NCBI GenBank assembly: GCA_039815185.1
Contig: JBCBZT010000037.1
Coordinates: forward strand, 22,072-86,071
Origin: Cyanobacteria bacterium P01_A01_bin.123
Lineage (GTDB): Bacteria > Cyanobacteriota > Cyanobacteriia > Phormidesmidales > Phormidesmidaceae
Direction: 5' to 3'
DNA: 64,000 nucleotides
The first letter of the stretch is position 1, and each line of letters opens with the position of its first letter. Below the pieces are notes generated by a model. It ran no database searches. It saw only the letters and a list, made by a program, of their open reading frames with translations, and was not told where the DNA came from. A program made the position numbers and the translations under genes. Below are positions 38,294 to 48,848 of this stretch, one piece after another.

Positions 38294-39178
38294 CTAATCG
38301 TCTAACTGCCGCAAGAATTTTTGAATCAGGCCTGTTGTGACCGCAGGCAACTCAAGATGAGGCGTCAACCCAACATCGGGGATCACTTCGAAGGCGCGAA
38401 CCGCAGTCGGGTTGATCTCTGCCAAACGACGGCCAATGTCCACCGGGGTAAATTGGGACTCTGCGCCCCAGATGATGGCGGTGGGAATCGTCAGCTGGCC
38501 GATATAGCGTGATAAATCGAAGCACAGGTCACCGCGGACAAAGCTAAGCGCGGCGTAGTCGGCGTTCGGTTGCTGGGCCGAGGCCAAATAAGCCGACACA
38601 ATTTCTTCAGACACTCGACTCCGTTGGGCAAATTGTCGCTGTTCTAAAAAACTACGAATGCCCCCTGACGTCGCTAAGGCCGTCGAATACAGTACCCGAT
38701 CTAAAATCGGCGTACTCACCAACTGAGCAAAAAAACTACGGGTGTAATCTTCGCCAAAATCTGAAATGCCCGCTGGCGCAACTAAAACTAGGGATTTGAA
38801 AAGTTCTGGGCGGACGATCGCGACTCGGATCACCATCGCTGCCGTCAACGATGAGGCAACCACAGAAACTGGGCGATCGCAGGTTTTCTCTAAAAATTGG
38901 GTGATCGTCTCGAGGTAATCATCAATGGTATAAGCCCGAGCGGGATGATCGGAACCACCCCACCCGATTAAATCAGGCGCAATCGGACAATAGTCGTAGG
39001 CAAAAGCAGGATACACATGGGCCCATTCGTAGGCAGAAGAACCGCCGCCAAACCCGTGAAAAAACACTAAGGGCGATCGCCCATCATCGGCTTGCCAAAA
39101 CGATGTTGGGGCTGCGTAAACCAAAGTTCCCAGGCCAGTTACCACCGAACGTTGGTAGAAGCCAGTTGCCATAAACAT
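38294..39178 (-). CDS. alpha/beta fold hydrolase
   Basis: FFHGFGGG, APDLIGWG.S, VASSL nucleophile elbow, PHLE. Confidence 0.9.
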   Translation of the reverse strand: MFMATGFYQRSVVTGLGTLVYAAPTSFWQADDGRSPLVFFHGFGGGSSAYEWAHVYPAFAYDYCPIAPDLIGWGGSDHPARAYTIDDYLETITQFLEKTCDRPVSVVASSLTAAMVIRVAIVRPELFKSLVLVAPAGISDFGEDYTRSFFAQLVSTPILDRVLYSTALATSGGIRSFLEQRQFAQRSRVSEEIVSAYLASAQQPNADYAALSFVRGDLCFDLSRYIGQLTIPTAIIWGAESQFTPVDIGRRLAEINPTAVRAFEVIPDVGLTPHLELPAVTTGLIQKFLRQLDD

Positions 39179-39723
39179 AATAAGGCTGATAATAGAGGGT
39201 ATGAGGAACTTATGAAGTCTCCAGGGAATCTATCAAGATAGTGCAAGGATAGCGTTGCTCTGAGTTGAGGGTACAGACTCGACTTAGAATCCTCAGCCTA
39301 GAGTCGCTGAAGCAGTTCGATTGAGAGGACTCAGTGGAACAGCACTATCCTATTCATTGAGCGAGCAAGGGAGTCCGAGGTAGAAGAATAGGCCTTTTGG
39401 CTCATTCTCCCGAAATTCGATGAATGTAGCATGAATAAGAGTGTGAGGTTGTTGAGTTTAGCGAAAGCGCGTCCGTTTTATCTGAGTATCTACCCTTACC
39501 CCGGACGAGATGACAATTTGGATGTAAGCAGTAATACTGCTTAGTTCATCAAAGCATTGCATCATACCGCTAAACTATATTGTGTTTAGTTTCGTGTTAG
39601 TGATATCAGGGTGATGGCTTCTCTCGTCGGTTGGCCGAAGAAAAATTCACCATCTGCGATAGCCAGGGCATCTACGCCATCCATATCTGTATCAGGCTGT
39701 TGCACTCCTTCTACACCTAAATT

Positions 39724-40320
39724 ATGTTTAGAAACGCTCCAGGCAGTCTTGAAGACGCTATCAGTTGCGATGGTTCTTCCTTTGAACCTAAAGACGTTGA
39801 ACGCAAGGATATTAATTTTGCAGAACCTGAGGTGCAGCCTAGCTGGACGGCAGAAGTTGCCACAGAAGGCACCCTTGGCTTTCATCAGTGCCATCAGATT
39901 CATATCGAGCTCGACAATTTAGACCGCTTTACGGTGGTCACCGATCAGTTCGCAGACATCGGGGTAACGTTTCACAATGCGATCGCCATTAAACCTTCAA
40001 ACCCGGTTTATCCCACCCACAGCGGCGAACGGGTTTTAATTGGGGCACCGAGTTCGGGCTGGTTATCAGCCACGTTCCATCAACCAGTGGCCTGGGTTGG
40101 GGCCTATGTGACTGGATCACGGTCAGTGTTGATGAGTGCCTTTGACGCCACTGATCGGCTCTTAACGAAAATCGAATTACCCGGCGCTAACCTAGACAAT
40201 GGGGAAAATGAAGTGCCCCCCAACAGTCCTATGCTGTTGCAGGCAGAAGGGATTGCCAGTATCCGAGTCCACTGTGTAGGTGGGCAGTTTACGCTAGATG
40301 ACTTTAGCTACAGCATGTAA
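39724..40320 (+). CDS. conserved cyanobacterial hypothetical protein
   Basis: 198 aa; GV.F.NAIA..PSNP, VTGS, FTLDD beta-rich pattern. Confidence 0.7.
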   Translation: MFRNAPGSLEDAISCDGSSFEPKDVERKDINFAEPEVQPSWTAEVATEGTLGFHQCHQIHIELDNLDRFTVVTDQFADIGVTFHNAIAIKPSNPVYPTHSGERVLIGAPSSGWLSATFHQPVAWVGAYVTGSRSVLMSAFDATDRLLTKIELPGANLDNGENEVPPNSPMLLQAEGIASIRVHCVGGQFTLDDFSYSM

Positions 40321-40376
40321 AAGCTGAGATGCCCTTGCCACCACAAGCTAAGGTTGATGCCCCCACTTCAAAGACC

Positions 40377-41552
40377 CTAGCTTAGTTGAGCGATCGCGTT
40401 TTTAATCCGCCCCAACGCCTGCTCAATATTCTCTAACGAATTGGCATAGGACAACCGCAAATATCCTTCTCCATGCTGGCCAAAGGATTGCCCCGCTAAG
40501 GTCGCTACACCAGCGGTTTCGAGCAAGTAATCTGCCAGTGCTTGGGAACTCAGCGGCACCTGGCTGACATTGGCGAAGGCGTAGAAAGCACCTGCTGGCA
40601 GGGTACAGTGGATACCCTCAATCTGGTTAAGCCCATCAACGAGAACCTGCCGTCGTTGGTAAAACGCTGTCACCATCTCGTTGACGAATTTTTGATTCCC
40701 CTGGAGTGCGGCTACGCCAGCCATCTGGGTAAACGAAGCTGTACAAGAATTAGAGTTGATCATCAGCTGTTCAAGCTGCTCAGCCATCAGTTTCGACGCC
40801 ACGGCATAGCCCAACCGCCACCCAGTCATGGCATAGGTCTTAGAAAAACCATCGAGCAAAATAGTGCGATCGCCCATCCCCGGCAAGCTCAAAATGCTGT
40901 GGTGATCTTGGTCGTAGAGAATGCGCGAGTAGATTTCGTCAGCTAAAATCCAGAAGTCATGAGTTTGGGCTAAGGTGGCGATCGCGCTCAGGTCATCCTG
41001 GCTCAATGCACCACCAGTGGGGTTTTGGGGCGAATTCAAAATCAGCAGCTTTGTCCGATCAGAGACCACCAATAGCAAGTCTTCCTGCCGAAAGCGAAAC
41101 CCATCGGCTTCTACCAAAGGAAGTGGCACGGGGACACCACCGACAAACCGAATCACTGATTCATAAATAGGAAAGCCAGGATCAGGATAAATTACCTCAT
41201 CACCAGGATTTACCAACGCCAAAATCGTGAAAAAGATGACGGGTTTGGCACCGGGCATTACCACCACATTTTCAGACGCAACGGTAACCCGGCGTGTAGT
41301 CGAAATATGGTGGGCGATCGTGCTGCGCAGTTCAGGTAACCCCGCCGCTGGCCCATAACCTGTATAGCCATCCTTCATGGCTTGATAGGCCGCCTCGCAG
41401 ATATCGGGAGCCGTGGGGAAATCGGGTTGACCAATTTCTAAATGGATCACTGACCGTCCCTGGGTTTCCAAGCGTTTGGCCTTTGCCAACACTTCAAAAG
41501 CCGATTCTGTTCCCAATCGCGCCATTCGATCGGCAAAGAGCACCGAGATCAT
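40377..41552 (-). CDS. class I/II PLP-dependent (aspartate-type) aminotransferase
   Basis: IGQPDF, NSPQNPTG, DEIY, GFSKTYAMTGWRLG, GAFY, LRLSYA. Confidence 0.94.
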   Translation of the reverse strand: MISVLFADRMARLGTESAFEVLAKAKRLETQGRSVIHLEIGQPDFPTAPDICEAAYQAMKDGYTGYGPAAGLPELRSTIAHHISTTRRVTVASENVVVMPGAKPVIFFTILALVNPGDEVIYPDPGFPIYESVIRFVGGVPVPLPLVEADGFRFRQEDLLLVVSDRTKLLILNSPQNPTGGALSQDDLSAIATLAQTHDFWILADEIYSRILYDQDHHSILSLPGMGDRTILLDGFSKTYAMTGWRLGYAVASKLMAEQLEQLMINSNSCTASFTQMAGVAALQGNQKFVNEMVTAFYQRRQVLVDGLNQIEGIHCTLPAGAFYAFANVSQVPLSSQALADYLLETAGVATLAGQSFGQHGEGYLRLSYANSLENIEQALGRIKNAIAQLS

Positions 41553-41717
41553 CCCCCAAACGTCTATTGAGCCTACGTTAGGCCATCAGACCTAGGGAAC
41601 CCGCAAACCGGCAGGTAAATTTCTCAAAGCGTAATGTATGGCGGTATTAAACCCCATCCGATTTGCAGACTTGGAATGTAGCTGAGGGAAAATCATGGAC
41701 CTGGATGTGGCCAAGGT

Positions 41718-42326
41718 TTAATAGGTGCCTGTTTTAACTGGGTATTCCGCTGGGTTGAGGGCAGGCACTGGGGGATGGGCCGGGAGCGATCGCTTTCTGC
41801 GTCGCGATCGCTGCAACATTAACCGCCCCATACGCCGCCCCAGAGTTTGCCCAAGGGAAGTTTGCTTCGAACCTGTCCCCGGTTGAGCCTGAAATCGCTG
41901 AAAGTCAAGCAGCGTCATCGCAACGCTAAGCAACAACAGCGCGGTTCCAGCCGTGAACAGTCCCAACGCAACCAAGATCAGCCAGTTTAGATTCACCAAG
42001 GTGCGGGCAGCGAGGGCAAAAATGCTGAGGAGGAACCCCAATAGCGCGTAGTGCAAAATCAGTGTGCACCGTTTAGACAGGCGGTAGTGATATTGGAGTT
42101 TTTGTCGCTGCTGCTTGAGATACCGCAAGCGATCGCGGTGGTCTGCCCCTGGCCCGAGCGGCAACGCATGGGACAGCTTGACATAGTCGATATGCAGCGC
42201 TTTAAGCCGATCGGCTAAGGTCGTGTACCGCAGCCACAACCCACCCCAAAGCAATACGCAGACACCAATCATCAGCGCTGAATTGAGAATGAGCTGAATC
42301 AGCTGGCTGGTTTGTTGGACAGACAT
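41718..42326 (-). CDS. DUF2721-like membrane protein
   Basis: MSVQQTSQLIQLILNSALM start, three TM helices. Confidence 0.7.
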   Translation of the reverse strand: MSVQQTSQLIQLILNSALMIGVCVLLWGGLWLRYTTLADRLKALHIDYVKLSHALPLGPGADHRDRLRYLKQQRQKLQYHYRLSKRCTLILHYALLGFLLSIFALAARTLVNLNWLILVALGLFTAGTALLLLSVAMTLLDFQRFQAQPGTGSKQTSLGQTLGRRMGRLMLQRSRRRKRSLPAHPPVPALNPAEYPVKTGTY

Positions 42327-42514
42327 AGTGAGGAAATCTCCCAAACAGGTGGCGCACAGGCATTTAATTTTTACTATATAGTATTTTTGTACTATATTAT
42401 TGAGGTTTTGCGATTTCAAAAGAATTCGCGATCGCACACCTCTCAATCCGCGCACGGTAAAGTTTAAGTCAGTGAGCTGTGATCCAAGGTTGAGGCAATT
42501 CCTATGGTGTTACG

Positions 42515-42757
42515 GTGATCGTCACCAGTGGCAGCGTGAGTAAGTTAACGGTTTATCAGCGGCTAGGTGTGCGAGAGGTTTGGTTCTTTCAGAACGGACA
42601 ATTTGAGGTGTATTGCCTGCGAAAAGCGGGCTATGAGGCAATGACCGCGAGTGATGTATTACCTGATCTGGATTTGGGCATATTGGCGCAGTATGTCAAT
42701 GCATCAGACCCGTTAGAGGCAGCTTTAGCATTTAGGGAGAACCTAAAATTAGGTTAG
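42515..42757 (+). pseudogene. C-terminal fragment of a Uma2 family endonuclease
   Basis: VTSGS..KL.VY..LGVREVWF...YE...S..LPDLDL; N-terminal half including PD motif absent. Confidence 0.75.
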
Positions 42758-43093
42758 CTTTTCACAGGGTTGAGGGAGTCGTGCATCCCCTTGATGGGAG
42801 GTAATGGTGGAACTGACGGTTAACAAAGGTTTCAACCCAGGTGAATGAAGAACGGTAGTTTCTTCGTTGTGCGATCACCCTCCAGCAGCAAGCATCAACC
42901 TGCGCACCAACCCTCGTTATTAAAAAATTAGCTGGGTATCCGAGATAACGACTATATCCGTTGAAGCATAAATCTGAAGGGTCGACATTGCCCTACCAAA
43001 CGCTTCGAAAGCAAGATTTACAGGGATGGGCCAATCAACGCACGTCTGCCAATAATCATTAACGCTAAAACCTACCGAGGAGTGATCATAATC

Positions 43094-45286
43094 ATGCGCA
43101 AAATTGTCCCCAGCCTGTTGCTAAGCGGGTTAATGGTGGGAGCCACATCCATAGCCCTAGGCCCAACCAACCACCTGAGCCTGCCCGAGGCAATGACAAC
43201 CCAGGCCGCTCAGGCGCAAACCAACGATGAAATCTACTACACCTTCTACGGCCAGCGCATCCCCCTCACCCTACGACAAGACCAAATCGCCGTCTTGTTA
43301 ACCCCACCTGTTGGCCTGCGGGGTGGCACTTCCCCCTATCAGCAACTAGAGGGAGCATTGCTGGGACAGCCTACGGTTGGCGTTCGCGGTGGGGAAGCAA
43401 CCGAAGCGGCACCCGCCCTAGATGTCACCGTACAACCTCTAGGCAGTCGCTATGCCATCATTCAACTCCCGGGTATCGACGCTGAGCTAACCGCCGCTGT
43501 ACAAGAAAGGCTCCAGCAACCCTACGTAGAAACCACCTTGCCTGTCCTCAGCCGAACCGACAGCGAGAATACCATTGTGCTGCCCAATCAAATCATCGTC
43601 AGCTTTGAACCCGATACGCCCCAAAGCCAAGTACAACTCACCCTCAACCGCTACGGCTTGGAGATGATTCGCCCCATCCAATTCAGTCAAAATCGCTATC
43701 TGGTGAGTGCTCGCAGTGGCGCAGGATTGAGGGTACTCACGGTGGCCAACCAACTCAACGGTGTGGCCGGCATTCAATCAGCCACGCCCAACTTTGTGCA
43801 AACGCTCTCCTACCGAACCGTGCCCTACAGTGTGGATAACCTCAGCGCCGCTGCCCTCCGTAACAACCTTGAGGAGCAGCTCACGCAACTATCGGGAGAT
43901 GGCGATTGGCCCGTCGATACAGACCTCTTTCCGCTGCATTGGCACTTAGACAGCAGTAGCTTTCGGGGCACCCGACAGCCCCGTACTGATTTACGTGTGG
44001 CTCAGGCTTGGGAGCAGGGGAGTCAGGGTGAGGGGGTGGTCGTTGCGGTCATTGACAGCCTGATTCAGTGGGATCATCCCGATTTAGCCGATAACCTCTA
44101 TACCGTGCCAGAAACTCAGCCTAATCGCCTCCCGGGTGAAATCCACGGTTGGGACTTTTCTAACCCAGAAGTGACTTGTACAGATGATCTGGAACTTTGC
44201 GTTGCGGGCGATGCAGACACCCGGATTAACAATGCCGAAGTAGACCTGCTGCGAGAAGATTTACAAAATACGTTTACCCTCTCTGACGCTGAGATTTTAG
44301 AAATCTATGAAGATATCGCCTGGTTCATCGAATTCGAACAACCCGAATGGTCCCAGCGAGAAATAGCCAACACTGTTCGTGACTGGATTCAAGGCAACAT
44401 CATGGCAGAGTTTCACGGCACCTGGGCCAGCGGAGTAGTAGCCGCGAATCCGGCCAGCGATCGCGGCGCTGTTGGCGTGGCGCCAGAAACAGAAATTTTG
44501 CCTGTGCGAGTGTTTGGACTGAACGGCGAAATTTCTGTAGCGGCCCTGGTGGAAGCGATTGGCTATGCCGCCGATCGGGGGGCTGATGTGATCAACCTGA
44601 GCTTAGGAGGGCTGCTGCCCGATCGGGAACTAACCGATCAGGTGATGGCCGTGCTAGAGGCCAACCCTGACCTCGTGATTGTCGCCTCAGCCGGGAATGA
44701 AAGCCTTGATGGAGTGGGATTCCCCGCTGCGATTCCGGGCGTAATTTCAGTGGGAGCGACCACCCTGGACGGGACTCGCACCTTCTATAGCAGCTATGGC
44801 GGTGGCCTAGATGTGGTTGCCCCGGGGGGGGACACTACTGAATTGTCTACGTTTGGTATTTTGACGACGGGGGGCACTTGGGTACCCGCCTTCTGGGAAG
44901 GCATCGATCAACCCAGTACCGCTTGGGGTATGGGGATTGACCCGCTAGGAAGCTACGTGCAGGTGCAAGGCACGTCATTCTCAGCCCCAGCCACTGCGGG
45001 GGTAGCCGCTTTGGTACTGGCAGCGAATGGAGACTTAGACAGAGCAGAGGTCACAGAGGTTTTGCGAACCACTGCCAGCTACGAGGGGTTGTCGCTGAGG
45101 CAAGCAGAGGCCAACCAATATCGCCTCCAGGCAGAGGTAGGGTTGGGAACTGCAATAGATAGCCAGATACTTCGACCCACGGGAATTTTCGGTTTTCCTG
45201 AGCCGATTTCTCCAGAGCAGTATTACTTTGGGCAAGGCTTAGTCGATGCAGGGGCAGCGGTGGAACTGGCAAAAACGATGCGGTAG
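43094..45286 (+). CDS. secreted S8 subtilisin-family serine peptidase
   Basis: Signal peptide; catalytic VAVIDS, HGT, oxyanion ASAGN, GTSFSAP. Confidence 0.93.
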   Translation: MRKIVPSLLLSGLMVGATSIALGPTNHLSLPEAMTTQAAQAQTNDEIYYTFYGQRIPLTLRQDQIAVLLTPPVGLRGGTSPYQQLEGALLGQPTVGVRGGEATEAAPALDVTVQPLGSRYAIIQLPGIDAELTAAVQERLQQPYVETTLPVLSRTDSENTIVLPNQIIVSFEPDTPQSQVQLTLNRYGLEMIRPIQFSQNRYLVSARSGAGLRVLTVANQLNGVAGIQSATPNFVQTLSYRTVPYSVDNLSAAALRNNLEEQLTQLSGDGDWPVDTDLFPLHWHLDSSSFRGTRQPRTDLRVAQAWEQGSQGEGVVVAVIDSLIQWDHPDLADNLYTVPETQPNRLPGEIHGWDFSNPEVTCTDDLELCVAGDADTRINNAEVDLLREDLQNTFTLSDAEILEIYEDIAWFIEFEQPEWSQREIANTVRDWIQGNIMAEFHGTWASGVVAANPASDRGAVGVAPETEILPVRVFGLNGEISVAALVEAIGYAADRGADVINLSLGGLLPDRELTDQVMAVLEANPDLVIVASAGNESLDGVGFPAAIPGVISVGATTLDGTRTFYSSYGGGLDVVAPGGDTTELSTFGILTTGGTWVPAFWEGIDQPSTAWGMGIDPLGSYVQVQGTSFSAPATAGVAALVLAANGDLDRAEVTEVLRTTASYEGLSLRQAEANQYRLQAEVGLGTAIDSQILRPTGIFGFPEPISPEQYYFGQGLVDAGAAVELAKTMR

Positions 45287-45400
45287 CTTCAACGTAATTG
45301 CTATCCCGATGGACAGCAGCGAGCAGATTTGGCAATAGGGCGATCGCCCTATTGCCAGTCAAAACCCAGTATCATCACGCCCCAGGCAAGCTGATTCAGA

Positions 45401-45769
45401 TCACAACGATTCGACTCTGACAATGCCACCCACAATCGCATCTACCTGTAATCTGTATCCATTCAGTAGCGCCATGCCAATCAGAGGGTCAGTCTCTGAT
45501 TCAGCTACATCAATTTCGCGGCACTGTCCATCCCAATGGATAATTGCCGCATATAAATCAAATACAGCGGCACTGCCATCACCCAAAGTGAGGATGTCAG
45601 AAGCATTCCAGGATAAATCTAGGGTCGTAATAATTTTGGATGGCAAGGTGAGAAACCCGTTATATCCCGTGTCAATAACGGCATCGGTCACCTGCTGTCT
45701 TCCATTTGCATTACCAACAACAATCGAAAGCGTTGCCTCACGGCGTGAATTCACAATGCCTCGTATCAT
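45401..45769 (-). CDS. clan AA (retropepsin-like) aspartic protease
   Basis: AVIDTGYNGFLTLP, LGDG flap, PLIGM.LL. Confidence 0.88.
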   Translation of the reverse strand: MIRGIVNSRREATLSIVVGNANGRQQVTDAVIDTGYNGFLTLPSKIITTLDLSWNASDILTLGDGSAAVFDLYAAIIHWDGQCREIDVAESETDPLIGMALLNGYRLQVDAIVGGIVRVESL

Positions 45770-46041
45770 CGAGCGCTCGCTAAACTCCGGGCCCCGAGGT
45801 GATAAACGGCTCGGTGACCAATGCGGATAACCCAGGGTTGCGCCTCAGGATATCGCTCAAACAATTGCTTAGTTGCAGGTATGACGTTGTCAGCAACCCT
45901 GAAGGCTCCAGTTTCGACGTCGATAGCGACAATCTTGCCTTCATTCTCTGACTCTACTTGCTGCCGCACTCGGGACTCATAGAGCGCCTGCCCTCGGCGG
46001 GCTAAGTCTTCTTTGCTGTAACGTCGCTGGCGAACTGCCAT
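45766..46041 (-). CDS. small partner protein of the clan AA protease (DUF5678-like)
   Basis: ARRGQ.LYE..VR..VE..N.GKIVAID.ETG; ATGA overlap with the protease gene. Confidence 0.75.
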   Translation of the reverse strand: MAVRQRRYSKEDLARRGQALYESRVRQQVESENEGKIVAIDVETGAFRVADNVIPATKQLFERYPEAQPWVIRIGHRAVYHLGARSLASAR

Positions 46042-46355
46042 GGGAACGCCTCTATATACTCTAACTACCAATAGTATAGCTTGTCCAAGCTTAACTGCTT
46101 TGGATAAACAGCACCCACACCTTTTTAGTAGAGGGTGATTTATCGCTTCAACTGTCTTTATTTCAATCTTGGTCTATTGGTCTCGTGACTCAAAAACGTT
46201 AAGACAAATTGCACAAATTGCTAATTCCCCCAGCCTTCATCGTTCACCTTGCGAACTTTGCAGTAGGCTATGTTAACGTTGCAGTGCGATATCGTTAGCA
46301 TATCCAGACCAGTGGAGGCAATTGTTGGTTTCTTGATGTTTCCAGACCCAACGCG

Positions 46356-47267
46356 ATGAAATTTTCCCAACTAAAACCCACACTGCTATTTTTGACCTGG
46401 GTCATCCTCTTAACCAGTGCGATTGGCGCACTCAAGGTGGGAATTACCTGGGCGTCAGAGACTCATCTCTATTCAATTCCAATTGTTGGCGGGCTGCTGA
46501 AAAGTCTAGAGATTGTCGAGCTTAGCAATATTTTGGTTTTTGCCCTGCTGGGCTTGGGCTTGGGAATGACGACGATTTTCTTGTCGTATCTCCATAACAA
46601 GCTCAAAGTGCTGGCGATCTTGTTGGTCATGATGGTGCTGGCTAGTGGCGTATTTTGTCTTGGCTATGCCACACGACAGCATATTTGGATCCAGCAGGTG
46701 GCCGACGAAGCCAGCATTTCTTTTGCCCAAGCCAAAACGGTTACCAATGATTTTTTGACTGCCGAAACGGGGTCAAACGGGTTTTGGGGATTTTATCGCT
46801 ACACAACTCAAGTTCCGATTCTGCCCATCAAGACTAGTGAAATTGCCAGTTTGACGGATGATGAAAAATGGTTTCGCTCAGAATTAACCCGTTTTAGTGG
46901 TCTAGAACCCGGTATTTTTTCACGGATGTTTAGTATTGCCGGATGGGGCATTCGCGGCTTTTACATGGCGCTAGCAGGGTTTACTTTCATTATCTATTAT
47001 TTCAAGGGTCTCGACTGGGTCGAGCATCGCCGCATAATGCGGCGACCTTTGCCCACGCCTGAGCCACGAACACGACCCGCATCGGTCAAGGGCAAAACAA
47101 CGCCAAGGCCTGTGGATCTAGCCAACAATAGAACACAGCGTCAATCGCAACCCCAGCGCTCAATTGCTCACCCCCCTCAGGCTCTGCGTAAAGTGGTGCG
47201 ACCCGCTCAGACAATCAAGCGATCGCCCCATGCCTCTACTCACAGTCAAGGTAAAACCCAACGCTAA
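46356..47267 (+). CDS. hypothetical membrane protein with basic disordered C-terminus
   Basis: 303 aa, about 4 TM helices. Confidence 0.7.
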   Translation: MKFSQLKPTLLFLTWVILLTSAIGALKVGITWASETHLYSIPIVGGLLKSLEIVELSNILVFALLGLGLGMTTIFLSYLHNKLKVLAILLVMMVLASGVFCLGYATRQHIWIQQVADEASISFAQAKTVTNDFLTAETGSNGFWGFYRYTTQVPILPIKTSEIASLTDDEKWFRSELTRFSGLEPGIFSRMFSIAGWGIRGFYMALAGFTFIIYYFKGLDWVEHRRIMRRPLPTPEPRTRPASVKGKTTPRPVDLANNRTQRQSQPQRSIAHPPQALRKVVRPAQTIKRSPHASTHSQGKTQR

Positions 47268-47283
47268 GCAGTAATTTAGTTCT

Positions 47284-47892
47284 ATGAGTGCTGAAATCAC
47301 CCTGGCGGCACTAATTCTAGCGGGGGGTCACAGCACTCGAATGGGGCGAGACAAAGCCTTGATTGCAATCGATGGGGTGCCGATGTTGAGGCACATGTGT
47401 CAGGTGGCTTTGGCCTGTACTCAATCTGTTTATGTGGTAACGCCGTGGCGCGATCGCTACAGGTCAGTCGTTCCGCTCCCTTGCCAATTTATTCAAGAGG
47501 TCGCTTTACCTAGAGCAGACGCGATCGCCCACGGGCCCCTGGTCGGATTTGCCCAGGGGCTAGCTCAAATCGAGTGTGAATGGGTGCTGTTATTGGCTTG
47601 CGATTTACCCCATCTGACGGCAGCAACTCTCCAAGGTTGGATGGCCTCATTAGCCAAAGTCGATCAACACACAATCGCGCGCTTGCCGGAAGGCCCTAAA
47701 GGATGGGAACCTCTATGCGGATTCTATCGCCGTCGCTGTTTACCCAATTTGCAGCAATTTATCGATGATGGCGGGCGATCATTTCAGCGATGGCTGTCAA
47801 GTCAAACCGTACAGCCGCTAAGTTGCGTTGACTTTAAGCAGTTATTCAACTGCAATACGCCTGCCGATTTGACAACTATTCAGCCCCATTGA
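47284..47892 (+). CDS. mobA: molybdenum cofactor guanylyltransferase
   Basis: LILAGG.STRMGRDKA, GPLVG, LACDLP, EPLCG.Y, NCNTP.D. Confidence 0.92.
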   Translation: MSAEITLAALILAGGHSTRMGRDKALIAIDGVPMLRHMCQVALACTQSVYVVTPWRDRYRSVVPLPCQFIQEVALPRADAIAHGPLVGFAQGLAQIECEWVLLLACDLPHLTAATLQGWMASLAKVDQHTIARLPEGPKGWEPLCGFYRRRCLPNLQQFIDDGGRSFQRWLSSQTVQPLSCVDFKQLFNCNTPADLTTIQPH

Positions 47893-48012
47893 ACCCTCGC
47901 CAACTCAAGTTTTTATCATTTTGTAGACAATCCGGCACGGCTTGATCCCCTACAAAATTAATCTCCTATACTAAACGCGAAAATTACTGAGCATGAAAGA
48001 TACCTCACCACT

Positions 48013-48702
48013 ATGACTGTTTCTAAATCTTCAACGCGATCGCGGCCCCGATCGACGACAAGCAGCAAAACGCAAGGCAAGACTCAACCTCAAACCAAAG
48101 CCAGCGCTAAAGCCAAAAAGGTCAAAATCGGTTTGTCTTTGACTCCAGAGAGCGCCAAAATTCTCGATCGGATGGCCAAGGAAACCAACCTCTCCCGGTC
48201 TGCCTTGGTAGAAAAGTTAGCCCGCGGACAGGTAGAGCTCTCTAGCAATGAAGCGACAGCTGAATTCCATTTGACGGTAAAATCAACCCCTCCTTCCGAG
48301 CCCCATGTTGTTGAGGCTGTCACGTTGGTCAGCCAATCCCGCTCAACAGTACCGCCTAGTTCTTTACCAGAACCAATACCCTTACCCGAACCCCAGCCTG
48401 CTCCTAGTAGCCACAACGCAACCCTGGCAGCAGAGGTAGAGACATTGCAGCAGACCGTTGACACCCAATGTCACACCATCGAAACCTTGCAGCAACAGGT
48501 CTCGATGCTACAACAGCAACTTGACCGTCACCAAACAGAAGCAACCACTCACCAGTATCAATACGCGACTCTCAAACACAGTGCCGACGAACAAGCTCAG
48601 TTAATCGCAACCCTGAAACAGCAAGCGCTGCAAATGCGACAAGCCGCCACCATCGGTGAGACTCAACTGAATAAATGGCGACACCGTAGCTATTCTCACT
48701 AG
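48013..48702 (+). CDS. CopG/RHH-like DNA-binding domain + Pro linker + coiled-coil protein
   Basis: KIGLSLTPE....LD.MA....LSRSALVEKLARG; Gln-rich heptads. Confidence 0.7.
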   Translation: MTVSKSSTRSRPRSTTSSKTQGKTQPQTKASAKAKKVKIGLSLTPESAKILDRMAKETNLSRSALVEKLARGQVELSSNEATAEFHLTVKSTPPSEPHVVEAVTLVSQSRSTVPPSSLPEPIPLPEPQPAPSSHNATLAAEVETLQQTVDTQCHTIETLQQQVSMLQQQLDRHQTEATTHQYQYATLKHSADEQAQLIATLKQQALQMRQAATIGETQLNKWRHRSYSH

Positions 48703-48848
48703 GAAGACGGAAGAGGCTCGATTCTCGATGGGTTGAAATCTGACAGAGTTTCCTGTGAAGATAGAGAAGCAAACTACATCCGGGTTGAAGGCTTTCGCTA
48801 CAGCTCTAGATGTGGCCAAGGTTTAATTTGTCAGGAGTCATAATCAAT

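Noticed and set aside
39586..39922. ORFs 39611-39922 (+) and 39586-39903 (-)
   Set aside because: Overlap the more protein-like 39724-40320 ORF and have no recognisable motifs
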